Source of the DNA: Zygophlyctis sp. KS116 | Lineage: Eukaryota > Fungi > Chytridiomycota | Direction of reading: 5' to 3' | Assembly: GCA_054661495.1 (NCBI GenBank) | Contig: BAAFSQ010000410.1 | Location: forward strand, 1 to 7,258 | Length of the DNA: 7,258 nucleotides | Position numbers and translations under genes: made by a program | In this document: positions 1 through 4,633 of the stretch, in pieces | Position numbering within the stretch: the stretch's first letter is position 1 | How the letters are laid out: each line of letters starts with the position of its first letter | Notes under the pieces: generated by a model | Seen by the model: only the letters and a program-made list of their open reading frames with translations | What the model was told of the DNA's origin: nothing | Databases searched by the model: none

Positions 1-291
1 TTACACAGTTTATGATTTGGTATATTAAGCATTTTTAAAATTAGGGAAACAATAGAGTTGGTTTTGCAGAAGCCGCTTAATGTTTTTAAGACTGTTAAAA
101 TAAGGAATTTATGCCTGAAATCTTAATTTGAATAGAAAAACGCCATGGGTGATTGACGACAGCCTTGTCCGGATCAAACAATATGATAAAAATCCAAGAT
201 ATTATCCAAACCGATTAGGTTGCATCATTCATGAGATTCAACAGATTGAGATTGTAACGGCACGATCGGAGAGAAGCTGCCGCTAAGTCAT

Positions 292-299
292 TGACGTCA
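292..299. promoter_or_regulatory. Perfect CRE/ATF-type palindrome TGACGTCA, 31 nt upstream of kinase ATG
   Basis: Exact match to the canonical ATF/CREB bZIP site. Function is not demonstrated. Confidence 0.35.
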
Positions 300-330
300 T
301 ACAAAAAGTGGGAAATAAAAACCATATACT

Positions 331-2588
331 ATGAATAGATATAAAACTCTCAGAGTTCTGGGAGATGGATCGTTTGGAACTGTTCTTGAAGCCATTAATC
401 TGGACACTGACGAAAAGGTGTGTTATCAGCAAAGTTAATCAAAGGTTGCCATAAAGAAAATGAAGAAGAAGTATTACTCTTGGGGAGAATGCATCGGCCT
501 CAGGGAAGTGAAGGTAATAAATACAAAAAATAATAAAAGTCGCTCAAGAAATTGAATAATCATGCAAATATCATTAAACTGAAGGAAGTCATTCGCGAAA
601 ACGATTTGCTCTACTTTGTCTTTGAATTTATGGATGGAAATGTATATGAATGTATAAAAAAGAGGGAAGGAATCTATTTTTCAAATCAGGAAGTAAAGAT
701 TATGATGTACTTATCAATTTTAACAATTTTTAGATTTCAAGTGTTATGTGGCCTAGCTCACATGCATAAACATGGGTTTTTTCATAGAGATATGAAGCCT
801 GGTATTTTTATTCAGGATTAATATTAGAAAATTTGCTAACGAAAGGGGATAATATCATTAAGATTGCAGATTTTGGATTGGCCAGGGAAATAAGATCATT
901 ACCCCCTTACACAGAATACGTGTCTACGAGATGGTATGATTAATGTTCGTAATATTAGGTATCGTGCCCCGGAAGTACTTTTACGATCGGCTTCATATAA
1001 TTCACCGATTGATATGTGGGCCGTTGGAGCCATTATGGCAGAGATGTTTACTCTAAAACCATTATTTCCAGGATCTTCGGAAATAGATCAAATTTATAAG
1101 ATCTGCTCTGTTTTGGGATCACCTTTAGGAAATAAGAACAACCCGGTGACAACAATTTCTGCAAAATCAAAAATTCCAAGAGAGGAATTATCAGGAGGAG
1201 GGGCTTGGGATGCTGGTTTGAGACTCGCTTCTGATATGGGGTTTAAGTTTCCTTTAATGACAGGCTGTGGTTTATCAAAACTAGTTCCTCGAGCTCCAGA
1301 TGAGGCACTTGCCTTAATTTCAATGATGCTCAGCTATAACCCAGATTTGCGTCCAACAGCAATGGAAGCTCTTCAAAATGAATGGTTCAAAGATCTATGG
1401 CCAACGCCTTATGGTAGAGCTGCATTCACACCTCCTGAAGCAGCCCAAGCTTTACAATTACTTGGAGATGAATCTGCAGGATTAACATCTGAACAGATAT
1501 TACAAAATGAACTAGCAAAGAATCAAGTATCGCGACCCAAATCATCTGCATCATTCGAGTTGCCATTTGAAACAAGTTCCGATTCTATAGCTCCAGAATT
1601 TTATAGTAATGTACATACTTCACATATTCCTGCTTCGATTCAGACGTCTAATATAAATTCTTTTAGTCGCAGAGGTAAACTTGGTTTATTAAGTATAGAC
1701 ATTAGCCCGACAAACAATTATTCTCCTATTCGAAGTAATCCATACTCTGTAGCTAGTCAACCATTTCCAAAACTTTCAAACTTTGGAATTCCAGTCCCCA
1801 GCTCTCCCGACCATATATCTAATAACAGTAATACCCTCAAAAATTTAAACGGATACCAGACAAAACAGTGGGACAATCACATCAAGAATATCCATGTACA
1901 ACAACAAGCTCAATATACATTGAATCAAAACGTTCATAATTCAATCATGAAATCAGCCTCTGCTCCTTTTCATAATCCTTTTCAAAAACTTCCAGGTATA
2001 GTATCACCTCTTGTAGGACGACCTGTTAGTGTCAGTAATGACCGACAAATAATAGAAACTATCAATAATCGTAAAAAGAGTCTCAAAGCTTTAAATGGAT
2101 CATCAAAATCTTTGCATTCATCGAATCCTAATCTATCACAAAAATCATTGTACGATGGAGAAAAAGCAAGTTGTGCAAGAAAGTCTGATTTTTCTAGTGC
2201 TAATCTGCCAACACCTTCTAGACCTTCATTTCTTTCTTTTTTTAATTCAAATGGCAGTAACAGGAAATTATCACTTAAAGGTATGTTACAATTTTCTAAA
2301 ACCCAAGGCAAAGGTTTTAAAAAGCCCACAAACTCTTCATCACCACTAAATAGTCAAAATCTACATGAGATAACCTCTACTAATCATTCGATCGCACCAT
2401 CTGCAACAAACAGTATCCACTCAACACTATCAGATATACGAGCCAATTCTTCAAAGAAATCGTCAAACAGTAATTTTTTAGACGCTTCAAAATCATCCAA
2501 CACGAACCAATCGCCTGGACGAGTTCTTCTCCCATCGCTTTCAAATGATAAAACAAAGCGGGGACTGTTTGGATTAGGAAAATACTAA
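331..2588 (+). CDS. MAK/ICK(CILK1)/Ime2-family (RCK) CMGC Ser/Thr protein kinase. Exons 331-417, 445-513, 540-706, 734-801, 828-933, 959-2588; 708 aa (691 aa if candidate introns 1675-1698 and 2281-2307 are also spliced)
   Basis: Manual splicing gives a continuous kinase domain: [18 protein letters not shown] (Gly loop), [28 protein letters not shown] (very MAK/ICK-like), [44 protein letters not shown] (TxY activation loop), [23 protein letters not shown] long Ser/Asn/Pro-rich tail follows. Exon lengths sum to 2127 nt (709 codons), ending in TAA. Confidence 0.95.
418..444 (+). other. Spliceosomal intron 1 of kinase, 27 nt, phase 0
   Basis: GTGTGTTATCAGCAAAGTTAATCAAAG. It contains an in-frame TAA, and removal joins ...DTDEK|VAIKK. 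Confidence 0.92.
514..539 (+). other. Spliceosomal intron 2 of kinase, 26 nt, phase 0
   Basis: GTAATAAATACAAAAAATAATAAAAG. Removal restores the frame and the conserved LREVK|SLKKL. Confidence 0.95.
707..733 (+). other. Spliceosomal intron 3 of kinase, 27 nt, phase 2, in-frame and stop-free
   Basis: GTACTTATCAATTTTAACAATTTTTAG. Removal converts [17 protein letters not shown] into KIMIFQVLCGL, matching the normal helix-E spacing (cf. MAK IMYQILQGL). Confidence 0.88.
802..827 (+). other. Spliceosomal intron 4 of kinase, 26 nt, phase 1
   Basis: GTATTTTTATTCAGGATTAATATTAG. Removal restores the catalytic loop HRDMKP-E-NLL (G|AA). Confidence 0.96.
934..958 (+). other. Spliceosomal intron 5 of kinase, 25 nt, phase 2
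   Basis: GTATGATTAATGTTCGTAATATTAG. Removal restores STR-W-YRAPE (TG|G). Confidence 0.96.
1675..1698 (+). other. Candidate cryptic intron, 24 nt, in-frame and stop-free, in kinase tail
   Basis: AG|GTAAACTTGGTTTATTAAGTATAG has the same TAA-N4-AG 3' end as kinase introns 1, 2, 4 and 5. It is not required to keep the frame. Confidence 0.5.
2281..2307 (+). other. Candidate cryptic intron, 27 nt, in-frame and stop-free, in kinase tail
   Basis: AAAG|GTATGTTACAATTTTCTAAAACCCAAG|G has a consensus GTATGT donor, a CTAA branch-like motif and the modal intron length. It is not required to keep the frame. Confidence 0.65.
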
Positions 2589-2714
2589 GAATATTGTATT
2601 TTATGTACTTTTATTATAACCATTTTGTGAATCTGAGTCTGATAAGCGGCACCATATGTCAGATCGGTCAGCGGCAAATCAAGGGGCTTTTCTCGTTTCA
2701 AATTTTATCACAAA

Positions 2715-2729
2715 TTTGAGTGACTCAAA
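2715..2729. promoter_or_regulatory. 15-nt inverted repeat TTTGAGT-G-ACTCAAA containing AP-1/Gcn4-type TGACTCA, abutting the ATG at 2730
   Basis: 7-nt arms around a single central G, with TGACTCA at 2721-2727. Confidence 0.3.
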
Positions 2730-3500
2730 ATGAACTTTATGATCCTTTTATATTGCATTATCCATCTAGTATATGCACAAGGGGATGCAACTGGAAAAGG
2801 CGGGGAAATCGCTGCTGGCACTACAACCATATCTTTACCTCAAACATCTTCACAGCCAATGACATCTTCTCCTTCAACTTCTGTAATTGTAAGCTCAACT
2901 TCTGAAATCCGAACTGTGAGTTCTACATCATCATCATCAATCACATCCCAAACAGAATCTCCGACCACAACGCAGACAAAGTCAACTACAACGTTTACCC
3001 AACCTGCTCTTATTACTCCGACTTCTCAAACAACTTCTTCTAGATCAGAATCAACCGCTGGTGCAAATACTGGACTCATAATTGGTGGATGTGTGATCGG
3101 GGCGATTATTCTATTAGGAATTATGGTTTTCATTTATCGAAAGATTAGGGGGTTGGATGAAGAGGACTTTAAGATTGATCAACAGCAAAATCCAAGACCA
3201 TTTATTAATGATAGATTAAGTGCTCCAGATTATGGAAATACATCAGAGTATGGATCTCGACCACAGTATGCAGTATACCCTACAGTTGGAAGGCCTGGAT
3301 TACCTGGATTTGTGGAAAAAGGTCAAATTGTTGAAACTCCAGAGCTAATGGATACTAATTACTATGGAACTCCTGAATTTGGTTATCATCCAGATTATTA
3401 TAATAGATATAATGAAGGTTCTAATCAATATTCTAATCCACAACTTGGATATCATGTGGCTAGACCTCAGGACTCTATGCAGGGAGCTCGTCAATACTAA
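2730..3500 (+). CDS. Type I single-pass membrane protein with Ser/Thr-rich mucin-like ectodomain (Mid2/Wsc-like cell-surface sensor architecture), 256 aa
   Basis: N-terminal signal peptide MNFMILLYCIIHLVYA|Q, a roughly 80-aa S/T-rich stalk, a TM helix GLIIGGCVIGAIILLGIMVFIY (3072-3137) followed by basic RKIR, and a Tyr/Gly/Pro-rich cytoplasmic tail. The assignment is by architecture only; no recognisable family domain. Confidence 0.85.
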   Translation: MNFMILLYCIIHLVYAQGDATGKGGEIAAGTTTISLPQTSSQPMTSSPSTSVIVSSTSEIRTVSSTSSSSITSQTESPTTTQTKSTTTFTQPALITPTSQTTSSRSESTAGANTGLIIGGCVIGAIILLGIMVFIYRKIRGLDEEDFKIDQQQNPRPFINDRLSAPDYGNTSEYGSRPQYAVYPTVGRPGLPGFVEKGQIVETPELMDTNYYGTPEFGYHPDYYNRYNEGSNQYSNPQLGYHVARPQDSMQGARQY

Positions 3501-3510
3501 TAATTCTTGA

Positions 3511-3516
3511 AATAAA
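3511..3516 (+). terminator. Putative polyadenylation signal AATAAA for the membrane-protein gene
   Basis: AATAAA 10 nt after the TAA stop, inside a 90-nt convergent intergenic gap. The AT-rich background weakens its significance. Confidence 0.4.
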
Positions 3517-3590
3517 ACGAATATTTTCTGCGTTTTGAAGATTATCTATTGATTTTTTTAATAGTTTTGCAAGAAATGCTTAAATAGTAA

Positions 3591-4503
3591 CTATCTCCAA
3601 TAGTTGTAATACTTATCACCATACTTTAAAAGTAAATATATAATTGAAATACCTGCGCCATATTCTCACTTAAAACTTCCCATCTTGTTTTTTGATTAGG
3701 ATGAGAGAGAGACTTTTGAAGTTCTTTGTCTTTTCTAAGCCAACCTTCTACAACCTTTAGTAATCTTGAATCAGAAGAAGGAATACGTGATTCCTCCCAA
3801 AACCCAGAATCTACAACCTTTAATTCTAATTTCTTTTGGGCGATATGCGCAATATGCGTTGCCCAATCACTAATCCCATCAAAAATATGCGTTGCATAAA
3901 CTATAGTAGCACCTCTTTCAATTGTTTCCTTTTCAAGAAATTTAAGCTAACTCTTAATTAAGATAAACTTACTAAATCCTGTCTTACTAGTACATCTAAA
4001 TCGACTGTTACTTCATCCAACAGCAAAACCTCCCAAGGTTCAAGAAGCCCAAGAACAATTTGAACACGTCTTCTTTGCCCATCTGAAATAGTATTCATTG
4101 ACCAATTAGGATTAACCTGTGACTTTAGAAAAAGAAAACTTACATCCAAGATATCCAAAAGCTCTGAGAGTCTCTCAGGATGTCTTTTTGCTCCTAATGA
4201 AAGCAATAATCTCGAAACAGGAACGTCCCCTTTTACCACAGGATTATGTGCCCATTCAGAACCCAAATAAGTGACACCGACAGTATCGTCTTTAAATGCA
4301 TTCTTCCCAGAAACTAAAACCTGTCCTCTGACGAGTGTTTTTCCAGCAAGAATCCGTAACAGTGTTGACTTTCCTGCTCCGTTAGCTCCAACCAATAGAC
4401 ATCTAGAGCCTTTTTCTAGCTGTAGGCTTAAATCATCTAGCACTAATTCTGTTCCAAATCCATAATTAAGTCCAGATACGACGATGGCGGGCATTTCCTT
4501 CAT
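3591..4503 (-). CDS. CAF16: CAF16-like (ABCI-type) soluble single-NBD ABC ATPase. Exons 4503-4144, 4116-3973, 3946-3653, 3623-3591; 276 aa
   Basis: Walker A GANGAGKST, family-typical YLGSEW, degenerate signature ISDGQRRRVQI, Walker B/D-loop LLLDEVTVDLD, H-loop YATHIFDG and no TM segments. Spliced length is 831 nt (277 codons), ending ...ENMAQ|YGDKYYNYWR-TAG. An alternative start ATG lies 3 codons downstream. Confidence 0.92.
3624..3652 (-). other. Spliceosomal intron 3 of CAF16-like gene, 29 nt, phase 0
   Basis: Minus strand CAG|GTATTTCAATTATATATTTACTTTTAAAG. It is very AT-rich, and removal yields the terminal exon YGDKYYNYWR*. Confidence 0.8.
3947..3972 (-). other. Spliceosomal intron 2 of CAF16-like gene, 26 nt, phase 0
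   Basis: Minus strand GTAAGTTTATCTTAATTAAGAGTTAG. Removal joins VRQDL|LKFLEKETIERGATIVYATH. Confidence 0.95.
4117..4143 (-). other. Spliceosomal intron 1 of CAF16-like gene, 27 nt, phase 0, in-frame and stop-free
   Basis: Minus strand GTAAGTTTTCTTTTTCTAAAGTCACAG. Removal deletes VSFLFLKSQ and gives LLDILD|VNPNWSM, the expected spacing before the signature motif. Confidence 0.9.
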
Positions 4504-4633
4504 CTTTTCCTATGCGCTTCGCTGACGATCGGACAGATCTTTATCAATCATAAATTTTAGACTTCTAGGTAATGCAGTGTCATACTACTTTATGTAAACA
4601 TTAGATCGGTAGATTGGCCTAGCAGTCGCATGA

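Noticed and set aside
1-330. Possible divergent gene or ncRNA upstream of the kinase
   Set aside because: Minus-strand ATGs I checked hit stops within a few codons, and I could not build a spliced model or recognise an RNA structure.
331-958. Pseudogene, programmed frameshift or stop-codon reassignment as the cause of the broken kinase frame
   Set aside because: Every break is precisely repaired by removing a GT-AG segment of 25-27 nt, all catalytic motifs are intact, and TAA/TAG act as normal stops.
1996-2016. 21-nt GT..AG segment (GTATAGTATCACCTCTTGTAG) as an in-frame intron
   Set aside because: It is shorter than every supported intron, has no TAA/TGA branch-like motif and is less AT-rich.
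1982-2349. ORFs 1982-2329 (-) and 2095-2349 (+)
   Set aside because: Both lie wholly within the kinase tail exon in other frames and have no recognisable motifs.
2720-2905. 61-aa GTG-initiated ORF
   Set aside because: It is an alternative frame of the membrane-protein gene with a non-ATG start in a eukaryote.
3747-3895. Short direct repeats TCTACAACCTTTA (3747, 3810) and AATATGCGTTGC (3851, 3884)
   Set aside because: They are explained by repeated peptides in CAF16 (KVV[ED], ATHI), with no sign of target-site duplication or a mobile element.
4271-4465. 64-aa plus-strand ORF
   Set aside because: It is antisense to the conserved Walker A region of the CAF16-like gene.
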